A stretch of 64,000 nt of DNA from Octopus vulgaris (GCA_951406725.2 OX597816.1:169508001-169572000), one strand, 5' to 3'; positions 1-14,443 are shown, numbered from the stretch's first letter. Notes: generated from the sequence alone by a model not told the origin. Program-made: numbers and translations.

Positions 1-29
<29 letters not shown>

Positions 30-32
<3 letters not shown>

Positions 33-665
33 ATCTATGCGTGCGTGCTTCTGTATCTCCGTTCCACTTCCTCCCATCACCGCTTGAGAACCGGTGCTGG
101 TGCGTTTACATTTCCAAAACCTAGCAGTTCGGCAACGAGTTCGATAGAATTACTACTAAGCTTAAGAAATTTAATCCTAAGGTCAAATTGTTCCACTAAA
201 ACCATTCAACACTGTGCTCCAGCATGGCAGTAGTCAAATGACTGAAACAAGCAAAAGATAAAAGAATATACATACATGTATGTGTATTATATATGTGTAT
301 GTATGTTATATGTGTGTGTGTGCGCGCCTGTGTATGCATGTGTGTCTTTGTGTCCTCTCACCACTTGACAACCAGAGTTGCCTTGTTTACATCCCCGTAA
401 CTTAGCGGTTCGATAGAATAAGTATCAGGCTTTAAAAATATGTACTGGGGTTGATTTATTCGACTAAAAGTTTTTAAGGCGGTGTCCTAGCATGGCCGTA
501 GTCCAATGACTGAAATAGATAAAAGATGTGTGTAAGAAGCTTACTTCCCAACCGGGCTTCGGGTTCAGTCCTACTGCGTGGCACCTTGGGCAACTGTTTT
601 TTACTATAGCGCCGGGCCGACCAAAGCCTTGTGATTTGGTACGCGGAAACTGAAAGAAGCTTGTC

Positions 666-737
<72 letters not shown>

Positions 738-985
738 CTATCTGGGTGTCTGTGTGTGAGTGTGTGTGTGTGTGTGCATGTGTGTTTGTCCCCTCGCCAA
801 TACTTGACAACCGATGCTGGTGTGTTTACGTCCCAGTAATCTAGCGATTTGGCAAAAGTGACAGAAAAAGTACTTGTCTTAAAAGGATAAGTCTTGAGGT
901 CGATTTGTTCGACTAAAACACTTTAAGGTGGTACTCCAGCATCGCCGCAGTCAGACGACTGAAACAAGTAAAAGAATAAAAGAAA
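30..985 (+). mobile_element. Three partial/diverged copies of tRNA-derived SINE family A
   Basis: Family motifs GGCACCTTGGGCAA, CGGAAACTGAAAGAAGC + internal (TA/TG)n, CAGCATGGCCGCAGTCAAATGACTGAAACAAGTAAAAG seen in >20 other copies. Confidence 0.85.
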
Positions 986-1156
986 GAATACGCACGCACA
1001 CACACACACACACATTCGAGGAAAAACATAAACGGTTCAATTGTCGCGCGTCTAACGCACTCGATCATTTATGAATATCGCAGGTGAACGACAAAAGATG
1101 ACATTTATCTTTCTTAATAGTATTGGACAAGGTCATTTGAAGACGGGGGTGTAATA

Positions 1157-1260
1157 CATTCATACATACATACATACATACATACATACATACATACATA
1201 CATACATACATACATACATACATACATACATACATACATACATACATACATACATGCATA
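1157..1260. repeat. (TACA)n microsatellite
   Basis: Direct tandem repeat. Confidence 0.95.
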
Positions 1261-1637
1261 GACTTTGTAAGTGCGTGCGCGTGAGTATACATGTTAACAA
1301 TCTCTGTTTGGGATGGGCTAAGGATAACTTACATTCTGTAAATCCTTAATATTGTCTGAGACCCCTGTAGTGAATATCAATTAGGCAGCCAACAGCTGAA
1401 CTCATTTGACTCCACCGGTTAGTTCCACCCTAAAGATTTGAAACAATACATTTGATCCGTCTTTCACTGTGCCTTAGGTCTGACTCTTCACATCACCGAC
1501 TACAAAAACACAAAATAACGCACTTAACTTCACGAAAGCCTGTACCCAGACTCGCCACCTACGCGTTGAAACAAATATAACCTAAACATAGATTCTTAAA
1601 CGTGTAGAAATAAGAATTCGATAGACATAATCTGGAG

Positions 1638-1840
1638 CAGGGGTTCTCAATCATTTTTCATCTATTGACCTCTTTGATTACTATTTTATTCTGGCTGACC
1701 CATATTGCCATTCGATGCTTGAATACAAATTTTAAAGAAACTTCTTTCAAAATTCCTATTTTGTTATTCACGCATTAACTCCTGTAGGTTGAACTATGTA
1801 AAATGTTAGAGAAAGAAACCCAGCAGTTTCTTACAAACAT
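1638..1840 (+). mobile_element. hAT (Charlie-like) non-autonomous element, left end
   Basis: Starts CAGGGGTTCTCAA, a typical hAT TIR start; right TIR not found. Confidence 0.5.
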
Positions 1841-1842
1841 AT

Positions 1843-2014
1843 AGGCGCAGGAGTGGCTGTGTGGTAAATAGTTTGCTTACGAACCACTTAGTTCCGGGTT
1901 CAGTCCCACTGCGTGGCACCTTGGGTAAGTGTCTTCTACTATAGCTTCGGGCCGACCAAAGCCTTGTGAGTGGATTTGGTAGACGGAAACTGAAAGAAGC
2001 CCGTTTTATATATG

Positions 2015-2045
<31 letters not shown>

Positions 2046-2185
2046 TTGTGTGTCTGTGTTTGTCACCCCAACATCGCTTGACAACCGTTGCTGGGGTGTT
2101 TACGTCCCCGTAACTTAGCGGTTCGGCAAAAGAGACCGATAGAATAAGTACTAAGCTTACAAAGAATAAGTCCTGGGGTCGATTT
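1843..2185 (+). mobile_element. SINE family A, 3'-truncated
   Basis: GGCGCAGGAGTGGCTGTGTGG A-box-like and GGTTCAGTCCC B-box-like head, CCTTGGGTAAGT core-like motif, internal microsatellite. Confidence 0.9.
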
Positions 2186-2303
2186 TATCTCAGAAAAATG
2201 TACTAGTCCCTTGCTCACAAAAGCTCAGGCCTTGTGCCTATAATAGAAAAGATGATGAAAATAATAATATTAATAATAATAATAATAATAATAACAGTTG
2301 TTG

Positions 2304-2835
<532 letters not shown>

Positions 2836-2894
2836 TATTTTTAATCCGTTTCATTTTGCAGCTTTAGCAAATACTACTGGTCTACGGCTCGTAC

Positions 2895-4820
2895 ACTGCG
2901 CCGGTCACTGCATCAACCAAACTCTCTTAGACCTAATGTAATCTCTGACTAGGTACGACGTGTGCTTCGGGTCGTTGTTAAGCTGGAAAGTTCTAGATCG
3001 GCCCAAATGCTTTCGGGCGTATGGAAGTATAGTCTTATCCAATATTTCTAGATAGGACTTACTATCCATAATGTCATTGATTCGGATAATAGGACCGACG
3101 CCTTTTCCAAACATGCACCACCCACATCATCATACTTCCACCACCGTACTTAATTGTACGTCGGATGATATTCTTCGTCTAGACGCCTTCTTACATACCT
3201 CTTGCTATCACTGTCGAACAAGTTGAACTTTGACTCGTCCAACCACAACACATTCGACCAATCTTTTGGACTCGAATTCATATGCTCTTTTGTGGACTGT
3301 ATCTGGGCACGTCGATTTTTTAAAGAAATGTGTGGCTTTTTTGCGTGAGACTCTTCCTACAAGTCCAAGTTCTTTGAGGCGAATTTTTTATGGTGGACAC
3401 TCCAATGGTAAGTCTCTTCGATTTTGCTCACAGAAGTTATTTCGTGTTAAAGTTGTCGTATTTGTTGCATTACACGCTTCCGTTTTCTTGTTTTTGCTTT
3501 TCGATCGTCACTTTGCACATTATCCTGCGTTCATTTTGTGATTATTTTCACCAATCTGTTCTATTTCATTTTGACAAAATTTCGTATTTTAGAAGTTATT
3601 TCGTTTCAAAGTTGTATTTGGGTAATTTTAACCAATCAACGACGTGTATTCAGTTAAAGAAAGCTACTGCTGTTTGCGATAGTAATCAAAAAGCAACAAC
3701 TTCCGGGTCGTCTCTACTAAATGTCACTATTCTGTTGTATTTCATTTTTGTTTAGAGCCTGTATTGCATACTAGACGTTTTGTTTGCTTTTCGATTGCTT
3801 CTTTGTACGTTTGCATTTTTACCACTCGCACAAAGAGGCGATCGAAAAGCAAAACAAACAAACAAACAAACAACAAATAAAAAAAACAAAACAAAGCGTG
3901 TAATATGCAACACAGGCAGTAAACAAAAATATGATAGAACAGAGTGGTGACATTTAGTACAGACGACCCGGAAGTTGTTGCTTTTCGATTATTATTGCAA
4001 ACAGCATTGGCTTTCTTGAACTGAATACACGTCGTTGATTGGTTAAAATTACCCAAATGCAACTTTAAAACGAACTTCTTAAATACGAAATTTTGTCAAA
4101 AATGCTGACAGTAAACCGTGTTCAGCGTGAGAAATTACACGAGTTTACGAAGTTTTAAACAGTTTAGTTAAAAGAAAAATAATAATTATAATAAATCTGT
4201 GAGCGAAACTAAAGAGATCTTGGTAAGTTCATATTTTTGCCTAATTTCTTTTAAAACGTCAATAGCGGTCATTTTTCGTTTTTTTTTTTTTTAAGGACAG
4301 TCTATGAATGTATTTATCTATTCTAACCGTTGTTTTTCTTGCTTGCCCATTAGTTTCTTTATAAAAACGGACAGCATTGTGGACGGCTGTTTTAGAGCAT
4401 CCAGCTTCGTTTGAAATAGGTTTATATGACCATTTCAGCCTACTAAGCTGAACGATCATCGCTCTGGTATCTGGTGTTAAGTTTTGTCTCTTACCAATCC
4501 CAACTATTAAGTAACTTAAAAATTGTAATAGCATACAAATTACCTTATTTTTATAATAGTCAATAAGGCAAAAAAATATATATGAAATTTTGCAAATTGT
4601 TCCTAAATTAAGTGTCCACGTAAATTACGCAAAATAAGGTTTATTTTTAATTTAAAATTAATGTGTTGACTTTACGCTGTAAAGTTGCATACTATTTTAA
4701 AGCACGTGAAATTATCTTTATTTTTATATACATTTTAATTCACAATTTACAACTTGAATATATAAAAAATGCCATTTTAACATTAGTGTACTAGCGTTCT
4801 TAAATTAAATGACGCCACTG
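2895..4820 (-). mobile_element. Tc1-family DNA transposon, transposase pseudogene, 3'-truncated and interrupted
   Basis: TA|CAGTGGCGTC terminus at 4820; N-term GKRQNLTPDTRAMIVQL..GCSKTAVHNAV (4259-4534); RLKELGLVGRVSRKK; GVGPIIRINDIMDSKSYLEIL..FQLNNDPKHTS (2905-3114); frameshifts and stops. Confidence 0.9.
3414..4220. mobile_element. Non-autonomous fold-back DNA element inserted in the Tc1 ORF
   Basis: TGGTAAGT duplicated at 3406-3413 and 4221-4228; imperfect TIRs (CTCTTCGATTTTGCTCACAGA / TCTGTGAGCGAAACTAAAGAG); internal palindrome ~3569-4104. Confidence 0.8.
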
Positions 4821-5227
4821 TACATACATACATACATACATACATACATACATACATACATACATACATACATACATACATACATACATACATACATACA
4901 TACATACATACATACATACATACATACATACATGTATGTATGTGTGTGTGTCTGGCTGTCTGTCTTTATGCATGTCTGTCTGTCTATCGATATGTGTGTG
5001 TGTAAATGCATGATAACCGGTGGTTTCTGCAAGTGTTTCGGGGAAGAAATGGCCAGTGAAATCAGTAGCAGTCCTAAAACTGCGGATCCCCTAAAGAATT
5101 GTCACCCCAGACTTTGGTTGTGTGACGATTCTTCAGTTGCAATATTCTAAGTTGATTAATCTTCTGGTAGCAACGCATAGAATAATTAGCTTTTAGGTGA
5201 AGGCAGAATGTAGTCAGAACATTGGCA

Positions 5228-5487
5228 AATTTCTTTTATCTTTTATTCATTTTAGTCATTGGGTCACGGCCATACTGGGGCATCGCCTTCTAGTGTTTAG
5301 TCGAACAAATCTCCCCCAGTACATATTTGTTTTAAGTATGGCACTCATTCTATCAGTATGTTTTTGTCGAATCGCTAAGTTATTAGACGTAAGCAAACCA
5401 ATTTCAAGCAGTGGTGGGGGAACAAACAAAACACAAATACGAAGACACATGATACATACACATATACATCTCCCTCTCTCTCTCTCC

Positions 5488-5543
<56 letters not shown>

Positions 5544-5700
5544 AAATAGTTATGTATATACATACGCACACACGACGGACTTCTCTCTGTTTTCGTCTAT
5601 CGAATACACTCACATGGCTTTGATGCTAGGCAGTGGAACTGAACCTAAGACCTCATGATTAGGGAGTAGGCTTCTTATCCACAGAGTCATGCCAGCGCCA
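5228..5700 (-). mobile_element. Diverged SINE family A
   Basis: Reverse-complement match to family tail and head motifs. Confidence 0.7.
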
Positions 5701-6811
5701 TTTCCTCAACACATCACTCCAACAGTATATAATTCGTCTTCCCTTTATTTGCCACCTTCTTTGACTGCCTTCGCCCACCTCCTCATTCCATCCTATAAAA
5801 TTCTCAGACCCCAGTCCTTCTATTCATTGTCACGGCTTATCAGTTATACTACCAGTCACTCGGACCAGTCCGAGGAGTCGAACTATGTGTGTCGGAACAA
5901 TTGAACAGGATTAACGTTACATTGTTGTCATTTTTAGCATATTCTTTTATTTTTTGATAACGACATTTTTCTAAGATATACAGAACCATATATACTTATA
6001 AGCTGTCAAAAGAATGGGAAAGATAATATTAAATATATATATATATATATATATATAAAACCCAAAAATATAACGAAAAAATAGACATTGTTTAAATGCT
6101 ACCACAGACTTCTAAATCTTGTAAATATAGTTTAGTTTTGGCATTGATATCATTGAAGAGCAGCCAATGATACTGAAAATGATATTTTCCCTTGAGTTTT
6201 TACAAAAAATATTTTCTATCACAAAGTGACAACTTTGGAGTCTCCTGCTCTTGAATAGCGAAGGTGAATTCTTTTAGATGCAATTTAAAGGAAATACTCC
6301 AGGCGCAAAAAAAACAAAACAAAGATAAAAGCCCTTACTCTCCATTTCAACGTTGCTGTCATCTCAATTGCTTACTGTTGCCATAAACACTATTTCTAGT
6401 TTCTGTTCAATTTAGTCGAAGCAGCTTCAGGTCGTGTAGGGTATATGAATTTTTAAAATGTATTTTGAAAGGTACTTCAACATTTATGATATTATTTTAG
6501 CTTTTGCATATATGCATGATTTTAACATTTGAGTACACACGTGGTTAATGCCCAGTGCCTGGGTGATATACAACAATACCGAAAAGATATCAGAACTAAC
6601 TATACGACTCTCTTCGTTTCCCTTTTGTTTAATATAAGCCCTATTAGTGTCGCAAAGAACGTCGAAGTTTACACTGGTATTTTATTCTCTGATGTCCATG
6701 TTGCAGATATATTTAATTGTCCAAAAAGATATTCCAGAGATTAGTACTAGTACCGTGAAAGACTTATCGGTAAATACTAGCACGCATACCTCTCAAAGCC
6801 TGACAAAACAT

Positions 6812-6958
6812 TATTTCCGCCGTGGTCGATTTTGCCTGTCATCCTTTCGGGGTCGATAAATAAAGTACCAGTTTCGCACTGGGGTCGATGTAATCGAATT
6901 AATCCTTTTACTCCCTTTGTCTGTCCTTGTTTGTCCCCTTGTGGGCAGTAAAGAAATA
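6812..6958 (+). mobile_element. SINE family B, 5'-truncated
   Basis: TCATCCTTTCGGGGTCGATAAATAAAGTACCAG..TTTGTCTGTCCTTGTTTGTCC. Confidence 0.8.
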
Positions 6959-7651
6959 TATTTTAACACTTCATTTATATTCATTACACCAAAATATGCA
7001 ATGGTCTCTTAAATTCAAAGATACTTGTAACAGTCGTCATGAGAGCCAACTAATGTAATCTAATGGTATTGATATCGACATTCATAGACCTGTTAACAAT
7101 TTTATGTTTGTTTGTCTAGGAAATCTTAAGAATACTAATAGCCAAAATCTATTTCTATGTTTCGAGATAGATGTGACCAGTTCTTTTTTTATTTGCTCCG
7201 CAAGAATTACTTGGGATACTGACGAGACATCCGAAGATCTCTACAACTTGTGATAATCGAGACAAAGATTTTGTGTAATGATTCAGGTAACTTGCATTTC
7301 AGTGGTAACATTGACAATGTTTTTGTTACTAGGAAAAACAAAAGAAGTAAAAGTAAAACTAATATTCAACTGATATTAATATTGTTCCCAACGGCTACTC
7401 GTGGCATATACACTTGTGATTCCGGTAAGACTGACTTAAGCCTAAGTAAGATCAGAGCCAAATGTCTTCATACACCCAAGTTTTTACGTCATTCGGCCGT
7501 GTTTTGTCGTCTCGTTTCATTGGGAGTTGCATAGTTCATAACAAACCTGCCTTCTCATTTATTTGCTAATCAGCCATTATTTCATTTTATGACTTGTCTT
7601 GGAGAGACATAAAAGTAATCTGTCTGAATGGTGTTTAGAAACATTGTCTGT

Positions 7652-8035
7652 TAGGAGTGGTTGTGTAGTAAGTAGCTTGCTTACCAACCACAAGGTTCCG
7701 GGTTCATTCCCACTGCGTGGCACCTTGGGCAAGTGTCTTCTACTATAACCTCGAGCCGACCAAAGCCTTGTGAGTGGATTTGGTAGACGGAAACTAAAAG
7801 AAGCCCGTCGTATATATGTATGTGTCTGTGTTTGTTCCCCCCCCCCCCAACAACAACGATTGACAACCGATGATGGTGCGTTTACGTTCCCGTAGCTTAG
7901 CGGCTTGGCAAAAGAGACCGATAGAATAAGTACTAGGCTTGCAAAGAATAAATCTTGGGGTCGATTTGCTCGACTAAAGGCGGTGCTCCAGCATGGCCGC
8001 AGTCAAATGACTGAAACAAGTAAAAGAGTAAAAGT
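7652..8035 (+). mobile_element. SINE family A
   Basis: Near-complete head, body and GTAAAAGA tail. Confidence 0.9.
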
Positions 8036-8381
8036 GATAGTTTTGTTTTTATTTTCCTCCCGTATACGTAACAATACATGTAACTGTTTTAATATTGGAA
8101 TTTATTGTTCTTCTAGAATAGAATAGCAAGAATTTTTTGTTGAACGTAAGCATCAAGCAGCACATTTAATCAGAGAAGAGATTGGCTAAACAGCGACTGA
8201 AACATGTTTAGTTTTTTTACGGACAAGGCCGTCTAGTTAATATGTTAAATTGATTGCAGTCTGTGAGATTCCAGGTTTTATTCTTTTGTGTAATGTCTAA
8301 AACAGCTTTGGTACAAGAAAATTGTGTATTTGAATGCAACCATTATTTTCTAAATAACTGGAAGAAAGCGTAATAATGTAA

Positions 8382-8774
8382 TCTTTATATATAAAAGAAA
8401 GGTTGTGTGTCTGTCTACTCCGATTTAGATTCCTAACTACTCCCACATTTTGCGGTGCAGTTTAACCAAAACCGGGTATCTTATAGTCGTGATTCATATC
8501 GAGCCCTTCTGGGTATTAGCGCGCGTCTACGGATGAGTCTACGATTTTTAAAATAATTTACCATCATTTTTTTCCATTTTAATGCATATTTTTTAAATAT
8601 AAGGGAAGTAACTCTCTAAAAATGTCTACGATGAGTCAACGATTTAAAAAAAATTTACCATAATTTTTTTTTCATTTTTAATGCATTTTTTGCTATTTTT
8701 TGGCTATAACTCTCTAAAAATGCTTTATAGTTATTTCCCTTACAAACCCGAGCAACGCCGGGCGATACTGCTAG
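8382..8774 (+). mobile_element. Non-autonomous Helitron
   Basis: A|TC 5' end, subterminal hairpin CCCGAGCAACGCCGGG, CTAG|T 3' end, no TSD; related copies at 37739, 38329, 61043. Confidence 0.85.
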
Positions 8775-9244
8775 TGCTATATATTTCTATTGAGACTTTC
8801 TGGGTAGTAGATTTATCTAGTGAAGAACTTCATCATACTTCAACCTTTTCTCTTCATACACTCTACGTCTCCATCTGGAACTTCAACTTCGTAAAAGCAT
8901 ACACGCACACACACAGAAATTTGTCACAAGTTCAAATATGTTTGAGACATATTTGAACCCATAAGAAGGCCATTTTCTCTATTTTCTAATGGAGAAACGT
9001 CCTCGCTATAGACAGATAGGTACAAACACACCGAGTCAGTCCACAATGCACTCTATCCAATCTGGTTGATTCATGCACTTCGACGTGGTTATCTTCTCTT
9101 CGGCTCCAGAAATCAGAAAGGCAGACGCCACGCACTGAGTTAGAGTTAGGACACTTATATTCCGTCAACATACTATGACTGGCTGCGTTAGCCGGCGGCT
9201 CACTGTAAATGAAATACAAAATGAAAGGCTAAGCAGTGATGTGT

Positions 9245-9274
<30 letters not shown>

Positions 9275-9276
<2 letters not shown>

Positions 9277-9480
9277 TTTTATTCTTTTACTTGTTTCTGT
9301 CATGTGACTGCGGCCATGCTGGAGCACCACCATTAGTCGAAGAAATCGACCCCAGGACTTATTCTTTGTAAGCCTAGTCTATCGGGCTCTTTTGTCGAAC
9401 CGCTAAATTTAGGGGACGCAATCATACCATTATCGGTTGTTGCGATGACAGAGGTACAAACACTGACATACGCACACATG
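9275..9480 (-). mobile_element. SINE family A, 3' half
   Basis: GACTGCGGCCATGCTGGAGCACC and CGAACCGCTAA motifs. Confidence 0.8.
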
Positions 9481-9499
9481 AACATAGACATACATATGC

Positions 9500-9573
<74 letters not shown>

Positions 9574-9752
9574 AATTCCAAGAAAGTTAGATGTTGTGAA
9601 TCCAACCAACTGAGGGATAATATCTATCCAATATACTCCTGGTAGAATACCCAATTATTAATACACAAGTGTTTTTTATTGCATTGCAATTGCATTACCT
9701 AGCGTACTAAATGGGTGAAGTTAAAGAGATATTTTACCATTAATTTATAGAG

Positions 9753-10028
9753 CATTATATTATGCCAACTTATATATTTAGTAAAATAACAATTATAAAA
9801 ATATACATGCATGTATAACATATGTTTTACATATAAAATATATTAATATATAAAGATACCAGTAATTATTAAAATATAGCTTACAGGAATATTCTTGTAT
9901 GTTATATTTTAATAATTACTGGTATATTTATATATTAATATATTTTATATGTAAAGCATATGTTATACATGAATGTATATTCTTGTAATTGTCATTTTGG
10001 TAAATATATAACTTGACATAATATAATG
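9753..10028. repeat. ~276-bp AT-rich palindrome
   Basis: Arms ..ATACCAGTAATTATTAAAATATA / TATATTTTAATAATTACTGGTAT.. centred near 9890. Confidence 0.85.
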
Positions 10029-10058
10029 TCTAAACGTTACTGAACCATTTTCTTATTG

Positions 10059-10186
<128 letters not shown>

Positions 10187-10297
10187 CCGAAATTGCTACG
10201 ATGATCCGGCTCTTGACTGAAGATTGAAGGCTTCGAATGTCCCGTCCGTGTATCGTCTACTAAATGTTTTACGTTCTTGTCCCAGTTTGTATTTTTC

Positions 10298-10355
<58 letters not shown>

Positions 10356-10359
<4 letters not shown>

Positions 10360-10474
10360 GCCTGGTCACTTAGCCAGCGGGGTGGTGTCATTTGAAGGCT
10401 AAAACAATGCAAAGCGCATTGTGACCAGCGATGTCTAGCAACATCTGATAGCCTGGTCAGTCACGGTGATCACA

Positions 10475-10480
<6 letters not shown>
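10356..10480 (+). mobile_element. SINE family C 3' tail fragment in (TA)n
   Basis: Matches tail of 42603-42903 (TTAGCCAGCGGGGTGG..CACGGTGAT). Confidence 0.85.
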
Positions 10481-10533
<53 letters not shown>

Positions 10534-10711
10534 ATATAATAAATATAATAAGAGTAAATAATATCTTTCATAGTTTAAAAAAAAAAACAACAATTATTTA
10601 CTGGTAGATTTCGGCATGTAAATATAACCATTAACGGTAGGAACTTCTATAAAAGTTCAATATATATTTTGTATATAAATAAAAGGGGCAGGCAACAGGT
10701 TGCTTAGCCGC

Positions 10712-10816
10712 ATACCGAAAAAATTTAGAAATAGCAGTCAGAGACTGTTTATTTCTATTTTCTATTTGTAGAAAATAGAAATAAACAGTCTCTCACTGCT
10801 ATTTCTATTTTTTTTC

Positions 10817-10821
<5 letters not shown>
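10712..10821. repeat. ~110-bp palindrome abutting (TA)n
   Basis: GAGACTGTTTATTTCTATTTTCTA-TTTG-TAGAAAATAGAAATAAACAGTCTC. Confidence 0.9.
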
Positions 10822-10851
<30 letters not shown>

Positions 10852-10852
<1 letters not shown>

Positions 10853-10960
10853 ACGAGCTTACGATCGTGAGGTTGTGAGTTCGAATCCCGGACTTGTGCC
10901 TGGGGGGGGGGTAACTTTCTACGTTCAAACCTATGGTCAGTTATGACCGAAGGGTGTCTC
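10852..10960 (+). mobile_element. tRNA-derived SINE family D, internally deleted
   Basis: B box GAGTTCGAATCCC fused to the tail also seen at 61820-61890 (GGACTTGT..AACTTTCTA..ATGACCGAAGG). Confidence 0.7.
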
Positions 10961-11084
10961 AGCATATATACAACTTTACATAAACCTACACATGTTTCAA
11001 CTGTACCGATTAGTAACCGTTGCAATTGCAACCTTACTATAATATCGGTGCAGTTTCTTTCGGGGTTTCATATTTGGTGTTAAT

Positions 11085-11448
11085 CCCAATACATTCTTTC
11101 TCACTCTCCGCTTTTTCCTCTCCTTAATCTTTTCTCACGAAATGCGTAGGCTCGAAATGTCGAAGTGTCCACCTAATGCACCTGCTTGGTGTTGTTTCAC
11201 CTGTCTTCGTCTTTTATTTCCTGTAAATTTGAACTGTATGTATGTATGTATCTATACTCGAAGATCTCTCGAGATATAGTAACATGTGGTAACCGAACAA
11301 ATGCATAGCAGCTCTTAAACGCGCTCTACGAAGTTTTTACCCCAAACACACACAAGTGTGTGTGTTCCCTTCTTTCCTGAGCGTCCAATAATACTTTATT
11401 TGTTCCACGTCCTTGCGTTGTTGTCTTTTTGTTTTCTTGTTTGGATTA

Positions 11449-11452
<4 letters not shown>
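11085..11452 (+). mobile_element. Two Penelope-like terminal fragments
   Basis: Degenerate hammerhead-like GCGTAGGCTCGAAA at ~11145; 11365-11452 matches 46760-46850 and ends in (TA)n. Confidence 0.6.
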
Positions 11453-11531
<79 letters not shown>

Positions 11532-11532
11532 G

Positions 11533-11584
<52 letters not shown>

Positions 11585-11657
11585 TGTATATGTATATATA
11601 TATATTTATATGCGTGTATATATATATATATATGCGTGTATATATATATATATATGC

Positions 11658-11720
<63 letters not shown>

Positions 11721-11753
11721 TATGCATGTATGTATATATATATGCATGTATGC

Positions 11754-11790
<37 letters not shown>

Positions 11791-11792
<2 letters not shown>

Positions 11793-11961
11793 AAAATACC
11801 CACCTTTTATCAATTCAAAATGAATAATTAAATTACACCATCTAGAAAATTACATATAATAGAAAAGTTTTACTTTTATTTAACTTTTCTATTATATGTA
11901 ATTTTCTAGATGGTGCAATTTATTTATTCATTTTGAATTGATAAAAGGTGGGTTTTTTTCT
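11791..11961. repeat. ~170-bp palindrome flanked by (TA)n
   Basis: CCCACCTTTTATCAATTCAAAATGAATAA.. / ..TTATTCATTTTGAATTGATAAAAGGTGGG. Confidence 0.9.
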
Positions 11962-12180
11962 AATATATATATATATATTATATTGTGTGGAATTTGATTT
12001 AGTATTTCTAAATTGAATTCTTTTTCCTTGTAAGTTTGGATTTTATTCCCTCAAATAATAATTATTGTATATACACACATATATATATGTATAAAATTAA
12101 TTAAGGGTAGAAAATGATATTAGTCAATTAAAACCAGTGGTCTAGCATATTAAAAAGAATACGAAGATTAAAATATTTAT

Positions 12181-12407
12181 ATATACCAATTAAGGACTGA
12201 ACACGAAAAGTGGACAGTCAACATGCTAGATATAGACGTCAAATCGCCATTCTCCACAAAAAGATTATGTTCTCAAATCAAACTCAGCACAGTGTTTTGT
12301 GCTGAGTTTGATTTGAGAACATAATCTTTTGTGGAGAATGGCGATTTGACGTCTATATCTAGCATGTTGACTGTCCACTTTTCGTGTTCAGCCCTTAATT
12401 GGTATAT
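12181..12407. repeat. Near-perfect ~225-bp palindrome flanked by TA repeats
   Basis: CCAATTAAGG..TCAAACTCAGCAC loop GTGCTGAGTTTGA..CCTTAATTGG. Confidence 0.95.
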
Positions 12408-12460
12408 ATATATATATATGTACATACGCACACACACACATACACATACACACACACGCG

Positions 12461-12499
<39 letters not shown>

Positions 12500-12635
12500 T
12501 ATTGTAAGTGGGATGCGCTATCACCGCTGCGGCCGGGATTCAATTAAAAAAAACAACTTTTTTTAAGGCTGTGCTCCAGCATAGCAGCAGTCAAATGACT
12601 GAAACAAGTAAAAGAATAAAAGAATATATATATCT

Positions 12636-12997
12636 ACATGGTTCCAGGTTCAGTCCCACTGCGTGGCACCTTGGGCAAGTGTCTTCTACTATAGCCTCAG
12701 GCCGACCAAAGCCTTGTGAGCGGATTTGGTAGACGGAAACTGAAAGAAGCCCGTCGTATATATGTATATGTATGTGTGTGTATATATGCTTGTGTTGTTG
12801 TGTTTGTCCCCCCAACATCGCTTGACAACCAATGCTGGTGTTTATGTCCCCGTAACTTAGCGGTTCGGCAAAAAGAGACCGATAGGATAAGTAATAGGTT
12901 TACAAAGAATAAGCCCTGGGGTCGATTTGCTAGACTAAAGGCGGTGCTCCAGCATGGCCGCAGTCAAATGACTGAAACAAGTAAAAGAGTAAAAGAA
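12636..12997 (+). mobile_element. SINE family A, 5'-truncated
   Basis: Family body and tail. Confidence 0.9.
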
Positions 12998-12998
12998 T

Positions 12999-13049
<51 letters not shown>

Positions 13050-13402
13050 TAAAGAGTTGGTCAATAATGGAGTAAATTCAATAGCGTAGTCTAGAATACT
13101 AAAAGTCTTTATTGTTTATTGTATGTGCTTACTGATTAGCACTGATTAAGTTGACCTATGTTCAAAAGCATTCTAACCACGATAATTTCGTTTTTACTTT
13201 TTAGGCTGCGTGTTCAGCACCCCTTCATTCAATTTATCTGCAAAAGTATGCGTCTGTGTGGATGTGTATGTGAGTGCGTGTAAAAGGAAATGAAATACTA
13301 AACAAGCAAAACACGTGATTAATAATTCGAACGATGTATAAACATTTCAACCAGAAAGTTGTGACCATCTGTACAAAAACAACAAGAAAAGGAAGGAGAA
13401 GA

Positions 13403-13635
<233 letters not shown>

Positions 13636-14026
13636 ACTTCACTGATCATTGAAACTCTTGTTAAAAGGAGTGGCTACTTACTGAGGTTTCCTGTCATCCT
13701 TTGCTACCTAAAATTGAGTTTCTAGACCCTGAAAGGCACATCCTGTAAAATGTCAAATGTTTCGATTTGTTCTTGTAACGAGTGGGTGTTTTTATTCTTT
13801 TTTTCCCTTTTTCTCATTGAAATATGTAAAATGACCAGACTTTAAGGCTGGGAAACTCATTATGTTTCTCCGTAAATAATGTCACCAGGGCCATATCCTG
13901 TCTAGATACCAAGCTTTCTTCTTGGATAAAAAGATGTTTTAGATATCTACATTCGGAAGGATAGAATTAGTAAAACTAGAAATAACCATAAATATTTCAA
14001 GAATGAATATTACTAAAAGCTGGTAT

Positions 14027-14222
14027 TAAGACAGCGAGCTGGCAGGATCGTTAGCGGCATGTCATGCGTCTTTACGTTCCGAGTTCAAATTCCGCCGGGG
14101 TCGACTTGGTCTTTCATCCTTCCAGGGTCGATAAAATGAGTACCAGTTGTGCATTGGAGTCAATGTAATTGACTTATCCTATTTCTTGAACTTACTGGCC
14201 TTATGCCAAAGTTTTAAACCAA
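14027..14222 (+). mobile_element. SINE family B
   Basis: CGAGCTGGCAG head, GAGTTCAAATTCCGCCG, GGGTCGATAAAATGAGTACCAG. Confidence 0.8.
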
Positions 14223-14228
14223 TATTAA

Positions 14229-14443
14229 CCCTTTCGTTACTGAATTTATTTAGAGATGCTCTGTGTTTCTTTGAATTACTTTAAATATAACAAAGAATTT
14301 AGTAAAATAACTTCATTCAGCTAGTGTTAAGAACATAAATTGTGAATTAGATTTGGTGGAAGATTTTAATTCAAAATTTATGAAAACAAGACATGTATAT
14401 TAAAGATCCACATCCAGTTTCAGCCGGGTTGGTAACGAAAGGG
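14229..14443. mobile_element. piggyBac-type MITE
   Basis: TTAA on both sides; perfect 12-bp TIR CCCTTTCGTTAC / GTAACGAAAGGG. Confidence 0.85.
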
